From: Escherichia coli
GTDB lineage: Bacteria; Pseudomonadota; Gammaproteobacteria; Enterobacterales; Enterobacteriaceae
DNA length: 64,000 nucleotides
NCBI RefSeq assembly: GCF_044324875.1
Contig: NZ_CP172185.1
Strand: one strand, 5' to 3'
Under the pieces are notes generated by a model, which was not told the DNA's origin, did not search any database, and saw only the letters and a list, made by a program, of their open reading frames with translations. The stretch's first letter is position 1, and the number at the start of each line of letters is the position of its first letter. Below are positions 49,394 through 60,182 of the stretch, piece after piece. A program made the translations under genes and the position numbers.

Positions 49394-50070
49394 CAGTGGC
49401 TGCTCCCTTTTATTTCGCGGATAAGTGTCTGTAATAACGCCGGCGTCAGTTTACCTTTAAGCCTGAGAGTTCCGGCCGGCAGAACCAGCTCACAACACAG
49501 ACTGTCGGACGGTGTATTTATCTGCTCTGGTTCCTGTGCGGGGGCCGGGATTTTATTATCCGGCTCCGGCGTTAACGTCACGGGAAGCAGTGCCGGCATA
49601 TTTTTTCCGGAAGGCAGCAGGCCACCTTTCCGGTATTGATGGCGCCAGTTGAAGAGCAGGTTATCGTTGATTCCGTTTTCCCGGGCGATCTGCGCCACAC
49701 AGGCTCCGGGCTGCAGTGACTGCTCCACTAAGGCGATTTTAAACTCATAAGGGAAGTTGGGCCGCCGGGGACGTTTTTTTACCACGGGGGCTTCGGATAT
49801 AACGGTGCTTTCAGGACGTACGACTGGTACCGTGGAAAATTGTCCGTAAAGGCAGGCATCAAGTTCCTGCTCCGACATGCCTGCGGGCAAAGGCCACGAA
49901 AGGCCAGCTCTCCGAAAGCGCACGAACATACTACAAACTGTTGATTTTGGTACACCCAGGCGACGCCCGGCCACAACCCGGGGTAAATGTTCTTCAAAGT
50001 GAAGACGTAAAGCTTCAGTGATCCAGGTCCGGTGTTTCATACGATAGTGTCCATTAAAAATGATGGACAT
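49393..50070 (-). CDS. IS66-family accessory protein (TnpA/Orf1-like with HTH)
   Basis: 225 aa; start overlaps the tnpB stop; N-terminal HTH. Confidence 0.7.
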   Translation of the reverse strand: MSIIFNGHYRMKHRTWITEALRLHFEEHLPRVVAGRRLGVPKSTVCSMFVRFRRAGLSWPLPAGMSEQELDACLYGQFSTVPVVRPESTVISEAPVVKKRPRRPNFPYEFKIALVEQSLQPGACVAQIARENGINDNLLFNWRHQYRKGGLLPSGKNMPALLPVTLTPEPDNKIPAPAQEPEQINTPSDSLCCELVLPAGTLRLKGKLTPALLQTLIREIKGSSH

Positions 50071-50140
50071 TATTTTTGTAGAGCCGGAGGAAACAGACCA
50101 GACGGTTTAAATGAGCCGGTTACGATTTTAAGGTGCTTGC

Positions 50141-50416
50141 GTGGCTTCCATTTCCATCAGATGTCCTTCCTGCTCCGCTACTGAAGGCGTGGTGCGTAAC
50201 GGCAAAAGCACTGCCGGACATCAGCGCTATCTCTGCTCTCATTGCCGTAAAACATGGCAACTACAGTTCACTTACACCGCCTCTCAGCCCGGTACGCACC
50301 AGAAAATCATTGATATGGCCATGAATAGCGTCGGATGTCGCGCCAGTGCACGCATTATGGGCGTTGGCCTCAACACGGTTTTACGTCACTTAAAAAACTC
50401 AGGCCGCAGTCGGTAA
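50141..50416 (+). CDS. insA: IS1 InsA
   Basis: 91 aa, [40 protein letters not shown]. Confidence 0.9.
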   Translation: MASISIRCPSCSATEGVVRNGKSTAGHQRYLCSHCRKTWQLQFTYTASQPGTHQKIIDMAMNSVGCRASARIMGVGLNTVLRHLKNSGRSR

Positions 50417-50790
50417 CCTCGCGCATACAACCGGGCAGTGATGTGATTGTCTGCGCTGAAATGGACGAACAGTGGGGCTACGTCGGTGCTAAATCACGTC
50501 AGCGCTGGCTGTTTTACGCGTATGACAGGATACGGAGGACGGTTGTGGCGCACGTCTTCGGTGAACGCACTCTGGCCACACTGGAGCGTCTTCTGAGCCT
50601 GCTGTCGGCCTTTGAGGTCGTGGTATGGATGACGGATGGCTGGCCGCTGTATGAATCACGCCTGAAGGGAAAGCTGCACGTTATCAGCAAGCGTTACACT
50701 CAGCGCATTGAGCGACATAATCTGAATCTGAGATCTGGCAAGGCTGGGACGGAAGTCACTGTCGTTCTCAAAATCGGTGGAGCTGCATGA
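50335..50790 (+). CDS. insB: IS1 InsB (expressed as InsAB by frameshift)
   Basis: matches the IS1 InsB region. Confidence 0.85.
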
Positions 50791-51430
50791 CAAGGTCATC
50801 GGGCATTATCTGAACATAAAACACTATCAGTAAGTTGGAGTCATTACCAACGGTAAATATCCATAAGTGTGGGCTTGCGGAATAAATAGTTTGGTTAAAG
50901 ATAAGGTGGTTTAATACTGCTGAGTATTTTATAGGAGATATGATGTTGTTTTATAAACAAACTAAAAAACATGAAGTTTAATTGATAGGGGACAATGAAA
51001 TCTCCTTTTTAAACTCAATTGCTATGTTGGGTTTATGGGGTTGCTATAAACGGTTTTGAATAAACGCTTTACTATTCTCATGAAAACAGTGTTATGTTGT
51101 TATTTTAACAACCCCGCATTGTTTTTTGATGGGATGGGTATTAAGACTTTAGAGAAACTTTATAAATAAATATATGTATTCAATAGTGGCGAAAATAATA
51201 ACCCATCTTATTATTACATTGTGGAAGTGCTCTTTTTTATTATCGCTCATGTTTTACCTTTCTGTTAAAACATATTCTTTCGGATATGTAAAATGGTAAG
51301 AGATAGTTAATCTACGTATGCATGGGGGCGTTTCATTGCATGGCGTTATAATCTGGCTTGTATATAAAGGCACTATAAGTTTTACTCTTACAGTGCCTTT
51401 ATTTGGCCATGATTTACCCTCTACAATAAA

Positions 51431-53818
51431 TTAATCATTACAGGATAGGTTCATATTCCATTCATAAGCCTCAATGCCGTTAATCAGTAGTTGACGACTT
51501 TCTCCCTGAGGAATTATCACTTTCAATGTTTCCCATGCAGGGCGATAATCTCCATGAGTGTTTATTCTTAACTCAATTGTAGTGGCTGTGCAGTCCAGCT
51601 CCCATTCAAGCCACAGAGCATTACCTTCAGTATATCCCCAAGTTTCGCCATCATCTTCAAACAGAAGTCCGGTGGATTTACCCGTTCCTTTAATTGGGAA
51701 TAATTTCAATTTACGATGATTATCTTCCGCTTCACTCACGTATGTTATACGTTCACTAAGAGGAATACCTGCACCTGCACGTACTAATAATGGTAGTTTT
51801 TCCAGTGGCGCGTCGATTGTTATCCATTGACCACCACAGAACCATTCGCCATTGTAAAAGTCGTACCATCCTGTTTTGTTGTCGGGTAACCATACTCGTC
51901 GTTGTCGTTGCCCTGCTTCCACGACACTTGCAACCAGAATATCGCGTCCCAGCATAAAATCATCACATTCTTCAAATGTCTGAACATCGTGCTCATGATC
52001 AAGGAAGGTTGGACGTAATATTGGCTCATCATCGGCATGTGCCTGCCACAATAATGTATATAAATAAGGCATAAGACGATAACGTAACTCAATTGCACTA
52101 CGAATCGCGGGTGTTACTTCCGGATACATCCATGGTTCATTGACAGTATGATCATCATTCCACGAGTGGATCGTAAATCGGGGGTGCATAACACCGTTCT
52201 GAACCCAACGAACAAATAATTCTGGATCAGGCTTATCACCAGAAAAACCACCGACATCATGACCAATGTTATACAATCCTGAGAGGCTCATTCCCAGCCC
52301 CATGCGGGTGTTGTATCGAAGGGTATCCCAGTTAGTTCGGTTGTCCCCACTCCATGTCTGAACATAACGCTGCAATCCGGCGCATCCAGAGCGGGAAATC
52401 AAATATGGTCGTTTGTTCGGTGCAAATTTTTGCTGTGCTTCCATAGATGCTCTGCACATTAAAAGAGGCATTACTGGCCGAATGTGTTTAATGGCGATTT
52501 CTTTGCCAAAACCATGACAGCGCGCTTCCCCATCCCATACTTCAAACTCATTGTTATCATTCCAGGTGGAATCAATTCCCATTTCAAGTAGTTGTGTGGT
52601 TACACCTTCCTGCCACCATGCGACTGTTTGTGGGTTCGTAAAGTCCAGATGAGAACCCTCATCATCCCAGAAGCTGGAGCGTTCCGGGACGTTGTATTCA
52701 GAGTCACGAATAAAGAGCTCTTGTTCTGCTACTTCGTTATAGCGAGGATGATCCTGCAATAAACATGGTTTTATATTAGCGGCCAGGTGTATCCCTGCAT
52801 TATGAAACTCCTGACTCATCATTTTAGGGTGTGGAACTTTGTCGTAATTCCAGTTGAATACGTAGCGTTTACCATTAATAGAAGTATAACCAGAAGATAG
52901 CTGGAAAGAATCACATGGAATAGCATGTTCCTTACAAAGACGAATAAACTGCATCAATTGATTCTGAGCATCCGGTGCATCTGTATAGTGCATCGTGGAA
53001 CCGCTGTACCCAAGACTCCATTTTGGACCGAAGAGTGTTTTCCCCGTCAAACGAACAAAGGCTTTGGTGATATCAAGTACACATCTGCCAGTGAAAAGAT
53101 AATAATCAATATCTCCCGCCTCAGCCTGCCAACGGCGGTAAGTTGTATGATAATTATCTATTTCATTACCTAAATCCAGCCAACTATTGCTGAGGTTATC
53201 ATAAAATAATCCAAAGCTAATATCGCTACGGTGAGTAATTGTAAATGGAATATGTTTATAAAGAGGGTCTGTACTTACTGCATTATATCCCATTGCGTCC
53301 AGGTTCCGCATTTCATAGCGTTTTCCTGTGCGTTGCAGATCCCCGGATTTATCACCAAGTCCATAAAAACGCTCGTCATTACGTCGACTTTGATAGTGTG
53401 CAACACCATCACCATGAGCGTTTATCAGATAAGCACTGGTAGGGCGATCATTAACAAGTTCCTGCCACTGACCAGCATTATCCTTATAATGCCATTCAAG
53501 CCATAAAGGCTTGTGAATAATTACGCGTAATGAACTGGTCGTGATTGTCAGTAATTCATCATTCTGCTCCATGTTCCAGGTCGGCAGTGAAAAACCGCTA
53601 ATATCTTCGCGATGACGCCCTTCCCACGGGACATCCTTTTCCGGAGCAATGCTCCAGGTTCGGTCCAGCGACAAAACCCCCTTCCGTTTTAATAGAACCC
53701 GGAACATATTTTCTTCGAGTATATACAGGCAAAGAGAATGCTGACCATCAACTAATAGCTCTATATGATGGGCTGACTGATTTTGTAGTTTCCAGTTTTT
53801 TAATGTTTTCATCTCCAC
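51431..53818 (-). CDS. glycoside hydrolase family 31 (alpha-glucosidase/alpha-xylosidase-like)
   Basis: 795 aa; GH31 catalytic region (WSGDN, GHDVGGF). Confidence 0.9.
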   Translation of the reverse strand: MEMKTLKNWKLQNQSAHHIELLVDGQHSLCLYILEENMFRVLLKRKGVLSLDRTWSIAPEKDVPWEGRHREDISGFSLPTWNMEQNDELLTITTSSLRVIIHKPLWLEWHYKDNAGQWQELVNDRPTSAYLINAHGDGVAHYQSRRNDERFYGLGDKSGDLQRTGKRYEMRNLDAMGYNAVSTDPLYKHIPFTITHRSDISFGLFYDNLSNSWLDLGNEIDNYHTTYRRWQAEAGDIDYYLFTGRCVLDITKAFVRLTGKTLFGPKWSLGYSGSTMHYTDAPDAQNQLMQFIRLCKEHAIPCDSFQLSSGYTSINGKRYVFNWNYDKVPHPKMMSQEFHNAGIHLAANIKPCLLQDHPRYNEVAEQELFIRDSEYNVPERSSFWDDEGSHLDFTNPQTVAWWQEGVTTQLLEMGIDSTWNDNNEFEVWDGEARCHGFGKEIAIKHIRPVMPLLMCRASMEAQQKFAPNKRPYLISRSGCAGLQRYVQTWSGDNRTNWDTLRYNTRMGLGMSLSGLYNIGHDVGGFSGDKPDPELFVRWVQNGVMHPRFTIHSWNDDHTVNEPWMYPEVTPAIRSAIELRYRLMPYLYTLLWQAHADDEPILRPTFLDHEHDVQTFEECDDFMLGRDILVASVVEAGQRQRRVWLPDNKTGWYDFYNGEWFCGGQWITIDAPLEKLPLLVRAGAGIPLSERITYVSEAEDNHRKLKLFPIKGTGKSTGLLFEDDGETWGYTEGNALWLEWELDCTATTIELRINTHGDYRPAWETLKVIIPQGESRQLLINGIEAYEWNMNLSCND

Positions 53819-53826
53819 ATACTCCC

Positions 53827-55128
53827 TCAGGTGCGTTTTTTGCGACGTTCTGCAATAAAAGTAACCAGAAAAAAAGCACCAATAAGATCAAAAAATCCCA
53901 TGGCGATAAATAGCGGGTTAAAGCCTATTTTGTCAGCAGTAACGCCAATAATCAGTGAGAACAAAAAGCTGGCAATCCATGCGGCTGAACCACGCATTCC
54001 ATTAACAGTGGCCATCTGCCCCTTATCAAAAGATTCAACGACCAGGGCACTTAACATGCAGGAAATTATCTGATGACCAAAACCACCAATGGAGATAAGT
54101 ACAATAGCAATATATGGATTGTCGATAAAAGCAATCACAGCAAGCGAAACCATTAGAAATGCTCCGCTTACAGAGGACGCAATAACAGAATTTACTCTGC
54201 TTAACCCAAACAGACGGGTATAGAGTTTTGTCAGATATCCGCTGGCAATACTTCCTAAATCAGCGCAAAGAAATGGTAACCATGCAAACAGAGCTATTTG
54301 TTTAAGGTCCATGCCATATGCTTTTGCAAGATATAATGGCACCCAAAAGCTCATTACAGCCCATGCTGGCTCTGCCATAAATGCAGGGATAGCGATTCCA
54401 TAAAAGCGTTTATTTTTACTAACTGTTTTTAACGCGGTCAGAAAAGGCATTTTTACCGGAGGAGCTTCGTTATCCTGTCGGATAAAGTTGAGCTCATTTT
54501 TACTTAAGTTTGGGTGCTCTTCTGGTGTGTTATAACACGCCCACCAAAGGAAAACCCAAAGAATTGCAAGTGCACCTGTAAACATAAATGCACCCTGCCA
54601 ACCAAATGACGCATGTGCAAAGTAAATAATTGGTGGTGCAAGCATTGCACCGATAGAAAAACCGACACCCGCCCAGCCAGCAGCAACAGGACGTTCAGAT
54701 TTTGGAAACCACTCACCTATAATTTTTGCATTTGCAGGTGTCGCAGAAGCCTCAGCACCTCCCATGAAAAAACGAAGCAACGCAAGCTGTATCCAGCTTC
54801 CTGCTCCTGCATGCAGAAGACAAGCAATTCCCCATAATGAAGCACAAATCATAAATCCAATCTTGAGCCCAATAACATCAATTAGCCATCCACAAAGTGG
54901 CTGAAAAAGGGTATATGCAAGCTGAAATCCACCAACAATCCAGGAGTATTGTTCAGTTGTAATTCCAAGGCTGTCTTTTAACTCTGGTGCCAAAATACCT
55001 AATGAGTTTCTGGTAATATAATTGACAGTGACACCCATTAGAAAAAGGATTAACATCCACCACCGTAGTTGTCTTATTATTCGACGGTGTTTGCTGACAG
55101 CTATATTATTATTTATATCCTGACTCAT
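53827..55128 (-). CDS. MFS transporter (anion:cation symporter-like)
   Basis: start placed at the internal ATG (MSQDINNN) with RBS; 12 TM; operonic with the GH31 gene. Confidence 0.8.
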   Translation of the reverse strand: MSQDINNNIAVSKHRRIIRQLRWWMLILFLMGVTVNYITRNSLGILAPELKDSLGITTEQYSWIVGGFQLAYTLFQPLCGWLIDVIGLKIGFMICASLWGIACLLHAGAGSWIQLALLRFFMGGAEASATPANAKIIGEWFPKSERPVAAGWAGVGFSIGAMLAPPIIYFAHASFGWQGAFMFTGALAILWVFLWWACYNTPEEHPNLSKNELNFIRQDNEAPPVKMPFLTALKTVSKNKRFYGIAIPAFMAEPAWAVMSFWVPLYLAKAYGMDLKQIALFAWLPFLCADLGSIASGYLTKLYTRLFGLSRVNSVIASSVSGAFLMVSLAVIAFIDNPYIAIVLISIGGFGHQIISCMLSALVVESFDKGQMATVNGMRGSAAWIASFLFSLIIGVTADKIGFNPLFIAMGFFDLIGAFFLVTFIAERRKKRT

Positions 55129-55389
55129 AATCACCCCACCGGATGTAATAAATGATCGAGCGACAACGCAGCTCGGGGTTGCCACATCCCACTTTACCTT
55201 TCGGCTTAATACTTAAACCGGAACTACTCATTCACAATAAAAGAGGGGGGCGATGAAAAAAAGTTGGTATTGTGCACGTTTTTTCATAAGTAGTTCATAT
55301 AAATTCTAAAAATAGTCAGAAGTCCTTGCAGTCAGGCTATTCCATCCCATGAGAATTTTTTCATTTTGAAATTAGAGATAGATCACAAT

Positions 55390-56460
55390 ATGGAAAAAAA
55401 ACTAAAGATTGCTGATATTGCCATGCGAACAGGCCTTTCATCCAGCACCGTGTCACGGGTTTTAGCGGGTAAAGCTAATACCAGTTATCGTGCCCGCGAG
55501 AAAGTATTGGCGTGTGCCAGAGAGCTTGGGGTTATGGATGGAATGGCATCCGGCCGTATGTTGTTAAACAACCTTGTCATTTTTGCTCCTCAACGGGCTT
55601 TTGATGAGCGAACAGACATTTTTTATTTCCGCGTAATCCAAAGCATCAGCAAGGCATTATCGCATTATGAGGTTCGGTTGCGTTACTGTGCCCTTGATGA
55701 GTTCGATAGTACACCTTCAAAATTCCTGGCGCGCATGAATGAGGCAGAAACACAGGCTGCAATATTGCTTGGTATTGATGATCCTCATATACATGATCTT
55801 GCAGCAGATTTTTCTAAGCCGTGCGTAATGATTAACTGCCATGATCGACGTATGCGTCTTCCCACAGTTGCTCCAGATCACAAAAACATTGGTGCTTTTG
55901 CGTCTCACTTTCTGTTTGAAATGGGGCATCGCAGAGTAATGAACATTATGTGTTTACGTCGATACACAATGGAACTGCGACTTGCCGGAATTAAAGAAGC
56001 ATGGGAGAGACAGAATCAGAACTTTAAAGATGACAGAGATTTACTCACTATTAATAGTTTCAGCGCCAAAGAAGCCGAAGAAAAAGTCGGAGCATGGCTG
56101 GATATGACAGAGAAAAGTATGCTACCGACTGCTTTTTTGGCAAGTGGGGACTTCATTGCTGCAGGTATAATTAACGCTTTAAAAAAACGTAATATACGAG
56201 TGCCACAAGATGTGTCCGTAATGAGTATTGATGGGTTTAATCTGGCTGCAATAGAAGATGTGCCACTTACGGCAGTACATGTACCTCGCGATGAACTGGG
56301 TACTGAAGCGGTACATATGTTACAACAAAGACTTGTACGTCCTGATGCAACTGTTGGTGCATTACTTTTGTATGGGAAACTGGTAATACGAGAATCTGTT
56401 CGCCGTATACGGCCAGGGAAAGAGCCAACTCCGATTAAAGGAGATGGACTGTATGACTGA
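55390..56460 (+). CDS. LacI-family transcriptional regulator
   Basis: HTH KIADIAMRTGLSSSTVSRVLAG; the track ORF begins at an upstream TTG, the ATG at 55390 is preferred; divergent from the MFS-GH31 operon. Confidence 0.8.
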   Translation: MEKKLKIADIAMRTGLSSSTVSRVLAGKANTSYRAREKVLACARELGVMDGMASGRMLLNNLVIFAPQRAFDERTDIFYFRVIQSISKALSHYEVRLRYCALDEFDSTPSKFLARMNEAETQAAILLGIDDPHIHDLAADFSKPCVMINCHDRRMRLPTVAPDHKNIGAFASHFLFEMGHRRVMNIMCLRRYTMELRLAGIKEAWERQNQNFKDDRDLLTINSFSAKEAEEKVGAWLDMTEKSMLPTAFLASGDFIAAGIINALKKRNIRVPQDVSVMSIDGFNLAAIEDVPLTAVHVPRDELGTEAVHMLQQRLVRPDATVGALLLYGKLVIRESVRRIRPGKEPTPIKGDGLYD

Positions 56461-56857
56461 AACCACAGCCTCTGATTCTTCCGGTCAAGGGAAAATAAGC
56501 GTAATGTTCATCACCAGATTATGTACGATGAGTTTTCCACTGTTTATAGCAATTATCTTGCTAATAACCAGACAGGAGTAACCAGACCAACCGAAAACAC
56601 CGGGAAGGTGATTACCCGCTGGCAGAGGAAATCCGGTTTTTTTTGATGTCAGCCATAACGTGTTTGACAATAAAGCATTATGAAAGGGTGTTAATGAGTC
56701 CATGGGATAATTCATAAAAATAATTTACTGTGTTATCCTTTTCAAAAGAAATATTCAGAAGATAACCCCTGGCTGACAACCAGGGGAAGGGGACATTAAC
56801 AGTGTTATTATTGGTGGATAAATTATTACTTGTGTGCAGGATACACTAATGCAATAT

Positions 56858-57901
56858 CTACTGATACTGTATGCCAGTATGTTTCATGCCTGCCGCTGAA
56901 AACGGCAATATCCAGGGCCAGACATATTCACCATTCATATTTCTGCATTTCTGTACAATTTTTTCAGAAAGCGTCTCATCAATTCTTTCACGCAACTTCT
57001 CCTGCTGTCTTAAAATACTTTCGCATATTTCGAAATCACCTTCCTGCATCAGCATTTCGGCGCATTTAATGATTTCTGCCCGTTCATGCAGCACAGAGGA
57101 ATGATTATAGAGCCAGTTTACAAACAGCAATGCTTCCGGATATTGTCCCCATAATGGTGAGTATGTTGCATAGTAATCTTCTGCCGTATCCAGAGAGCCG
57201 GAGAAGTCATGCCACACAGCAAGTGGAAATGGATGCAGATTTCCGCACAGCATTTCTGCGATGTAAGTGTTTGTGGCAAAGCCATGGCGAAAATCTGTGG
57301 CGGCCTTAACATGTTCCCCGTTCAGAAAATGCAGGAGACCGAGTTCATACCAGTAAGGTGAAAATTCATCAGCATGCTCTTTCAGTACACTGAAGGCTCG
57401 CTCATGATCGCCGGTGCGTAACAGCTCTGAACCCAACAACCAGCGAGCCCCCTGATTATCTTCAGGATTGTATGCCAGTATTTTATCAGTGAGCATAACC
57501 GCATCCTGATGGCGCTGTAAGTGCACATTTGCGAGAATTGCTGCATAAAGCGCGCGCAGATAAGGCCGGTTTTCGGGATGCATCCAGATTATTTCACCAC
57601 AGAAACTTTCCGGGATGATACGATTACCTGCCGCCAGTCCTTTAAGAGCGGCGTTCAGTGCCTTACGCGGGGCATTCTGTTCCAGAAATGCATATGCCAG
57701 ATGAGCGTGTATATCAATAAAATCCGGCTCCCGTTGAGCAAGGCGTCGGAGTTTGTTGATGTAACTCGTCTCGCTGATTTCATCAGCGTCGTATGCATCA
57801 AGCACTTCTTCAAACTCCCCCAGCAATGGGCCAAACCAGGTATCCGGAAATACGAAATAACCCTGGTTATCGTGCACTTCAAAGCATAATCTATCGTTCA
57901 T
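56858..57901 (-). CDS. TPR-like repeat protein of unknown function
   Basis: 347 aa, helical repeat pattern; single gene between the integrase and the sugar cluster. Confidence 0.6.
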   Translation of the reverse strand: MNDRLCFEVHDNQGYFVFPDTWFGPLLGEFEEVLDAYDADEISETSYINKLRRLAQREPDFIDIHAHLAYAFLEQNAPRKALNAALKGLAAGNRIIPESFCGEIIWMHPENRPYLRALYAAILANVHLQRHQDAVMLTDKILAYNPEDNQGARWLLGSELLRTGDHERAFSVLKEHADEFSPYWYELGLLHFLNGEHVKAATDFRHGFATNTYIAEMLCGNLHPFPLAVWHDFSGSLDTAEDYYATYSPLWGQYPEALLFVNWLYNHSSVLHERAEIIKCAEMLMQEGDFEICESILRQQEKLRERIDETLSEKIVQKCRNMNGEYVWPWILPFSAAGMKHTGIQYQ

Positions 57902-58311
57902 TTTCTGAGCCTGTAAAACATGTGGTGATATAGTCTGAGAGCATAAAAGTTGAGATTCTGTGTATCAAGTCCTGTCTTGGCACTGAATGAATATTGCTTA
58001 CAAAGCCCCTTCATGCTTTCCTTGAGAACAATAATTTTATCTTTATGTGAATCTCATTTTTTATAATGATGTCAGATGATTGAAATGCTAAATTATATCT
58101 GAATCAACTTTTCCTTTGCTAAAGGTATCGAAATAACTGCAAGGCTGTATTTTGTAATTGCCAATTTTAAAATGTCAATTTGCTTTTAATTATGTTTTTG
58201 TAATAAGTTTGAAGACGCAAAAAATAATATAATAACAAAAATCCTCCAGCCTTGTAGGCCAGAGGATAAAATACTTAATTGAGGAAAACATCAGGGAAAA
58301 GTATTTTTGAC

Positions 58312-59496
58312 TTAACTTTCCCGGCTGGAGAGTGAATCAATGTAATCAGCGTACCATTGCATCATTTCACGGCGGCCATCGAGATACAGGGCATGATTAT
58401 AGGTACCCCTGATGGAATTTTTATCCACATGAGCTAACTGCATTTCAATCCAGGCGGAATTAAAGCCTTGTTCATGCAGAATTGTACTCATGGTGTGTCT
58501 GAAACCGTGCCCTGTGAGTCTTCCCTTATATCCAAGTAATTCAATTACTTGGTTAATGCTTTCCTTACTAATTGGTTTGCGGGGATCATTTCTACCGATA
58601 AAGACTAGGGGATGATGTTTTGAGATTGGTTCAAGCTGCTTAAATAGCATAATGACCTGCTCAGAGAGCGGCACAATATGAGGTCGCTTCATCTTCATTA
58701 CTTCTGCCGGGATCTCCCACAATTTTGTCTCAAAATCGATATCTTCCCAGCGTGCAAAACGCAGTTCTTGTGTTCGTACGCCGGTTAACATAATGATCTG
58801 AGTAGCTGTCTTAGTGATTATACTTCCGGTATAACCCGCCAGATCGTTGAGGAAGTGGGGAAGTTCATTAGCAGTAAGAAAGGGAAAATGTACTTTTTTC
58901 GGTGTAGCTAAAGCACTGGCAAGATCGGGGGCTGGGTTATAGTCTGCCCGGCCAGTAACAATTGCATAGCGGAACACCTCACCACAGCGCTGGCGGACCT
59001 TGCGCATTTTCTCCAGAGCTCCACGTTTTTCCATTTTACGCAGTGCTTCCAGTAACTCCATTGGTTTGATTTCGGCAATAGGGCGCTTGCCAATGTAGGG
59101 AAAAATGTCTTTTTCAAAGGTATCAATGATTTCATCACGATAGCGTAATGACCACCGATCGGCTTTTGACTGGTGCCATTCGCGAGCAATAGCCTCGAAC
59201 GTATTTTGCAGACTCATTTGCTGCGCGATTTTTTCTTCCTTTTTTGCCTCCCCTGGATCGCCTCCAGCAGCGAGGAGTTTCCTGGCTTCACTGCGTTTCT
59301 CGCGAGCATCGGCTAGCGTTACATCGGGGTATACGCCAATAGAAAGCATCTTTTCTTTACCAGCAAAGCGGTACTTCATGCGCCAGTATTTAGAACCATT
59401 AGTGTTAATCAGTAGATACATACCGCCGCCATCAGCAAGCTTATAGGGTTTGTCTTTGGGTTTTGCGGTTTTCACTTTGATATCGGTTAATGCCAT
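58312..59496 (-). CDS. P4-type tyrosine integrase
   Basis: 394 aa; N-terminus MALTDIKVKTAKPKDKPYKLADGGGMYLLI; catalytic R...H..R...Y region; adjacent to the tRNA. Confidence 0.9.
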   Translation of the reverse strand: MALTDIKVKTAKPKDKPYKLADGGGMYLLINTNGSKYWRMKYRFAGKEKMLSIGVYPDVTLADAREKRSEARKLLAAGGDPGEAKKEEKIAQQMSLQNTFEAIAREWHQSKADRWSLRYRDEIIDTFEKDIFPYIGKRPIAEIKPMELLEALRKMEKRGALEKMRKVRQRCGEVFRYAIVTGRADYNPAPDLASALATPKKVHFPFLTANELPHFLNDLAGYTGSIITKTATQIIMLTGVRTQELRFARWEDIDFETKLWEIPAEVMKMKRPHIVPLSEQVIMLFKQLEPISKHHPLVFIGRNDPRKPISKESINQVIELLGYKGRLTGHGFRHTMSTILHEQGFNSAWIEMQLAHVDKNSIRGTYNHALYLDGRREMMQWYADYIDSLSSRES

Positions 59497-59780
59497 GACA
59501 TCCTCCGGCTTTTGATGAATTCATGTTCCTGAGGGGGATTTCTGCCAGTAACTAACCTGATACCCCCAATACACCCCTTGTATAACAAAGATGTTGTTAA
59601 AAGCCGTTGTTATATATCATATTTTTCCTATTATGGGGGTGCTGGTATTTCAATAGGAAATAACACCCCCTAAAGTACCCCCAAAAGAAACTTGATACGG
59701 GGTGAAGTAGGTTGACCTCTGGATACAAATAAATACTGATATACAAGGGATTAGAAGAGATTTATTGACATTGGGAGAGT

Positions 59781-59819
59781 TCAGAAGAGGTAAACTGGCG
59801 GAAGATCACAGGAGTCGAA
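59781..59819. repeat. island attachment-site repeat, selC-proximal copy (overlaps the 3' end of selC)
   Basis: direct repeat of 8348-8386. Confidence 0.7.
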
Positions 59820-59890
59820 CCTGCCCGGGACCGCTGGCGGCCCCAACTGGATTTGAAGTCCAGCCGCCTCACCGGAGACGACGATCTTCC
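59796..59890 (-). tRNA. selC: tRNA-Sec (selenocysteine, UCA anticodon)
   Basis: rc of 59796-59890 reads GGAAGATCGTCGTCTCCGGTGAGGCGGCTGGACTTCAAATCCAGTTGGGGCCGCCAGCGGTCCCGGGCAGGTTCGACTCCTGTGATCTTCCGCCA, the E. coli selC sequence (95 nt). Confidence 0.95.
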
Positions 59891-60182
59891 GCGCCTCGAT
59901 TGCTACATGGAGGCGGGGCGCATTATAGCTACTTCCTTGAGTTTCTACATCCCCCAGATCAGTTTTTTCCGCCTAATACACGCAGCGTATTATCACGGAA
60001 GCATTATAATTCATATAAAACCCATATTTTACAATGATATATGAGCGGAATTAACGCTACCACGATCACATAAAACAAGAATCATAAATTAATAACCAGA
60101 TATCGGAATATTCGCTCTCACAGGGATGGTTTACAAAATGCGTTATCGGTCTCAGCACCCCTATAGCATCAAGGAAAAGCAG

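Larger units (their letters stand above)
47425..50123 (-). mobile_element. IS66-family element (about 2.7 kb) inserted into IS1, with 8-bp target duplication GATTTTAA
   Basis: ends GTAAGCG... at 47425 and ...CGGTTAC at 50123; duplication at 47417-47424 and 50124-50131; three-ORF IS66 organisation. Confidence 0.85.
50124..50848 (+). mobile_element. IS1, main part (insA-insB and right IR)
   Basis: right end ...AGTAAGTTGGAGTCATTACC at 50848. Confidence 0.9.
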
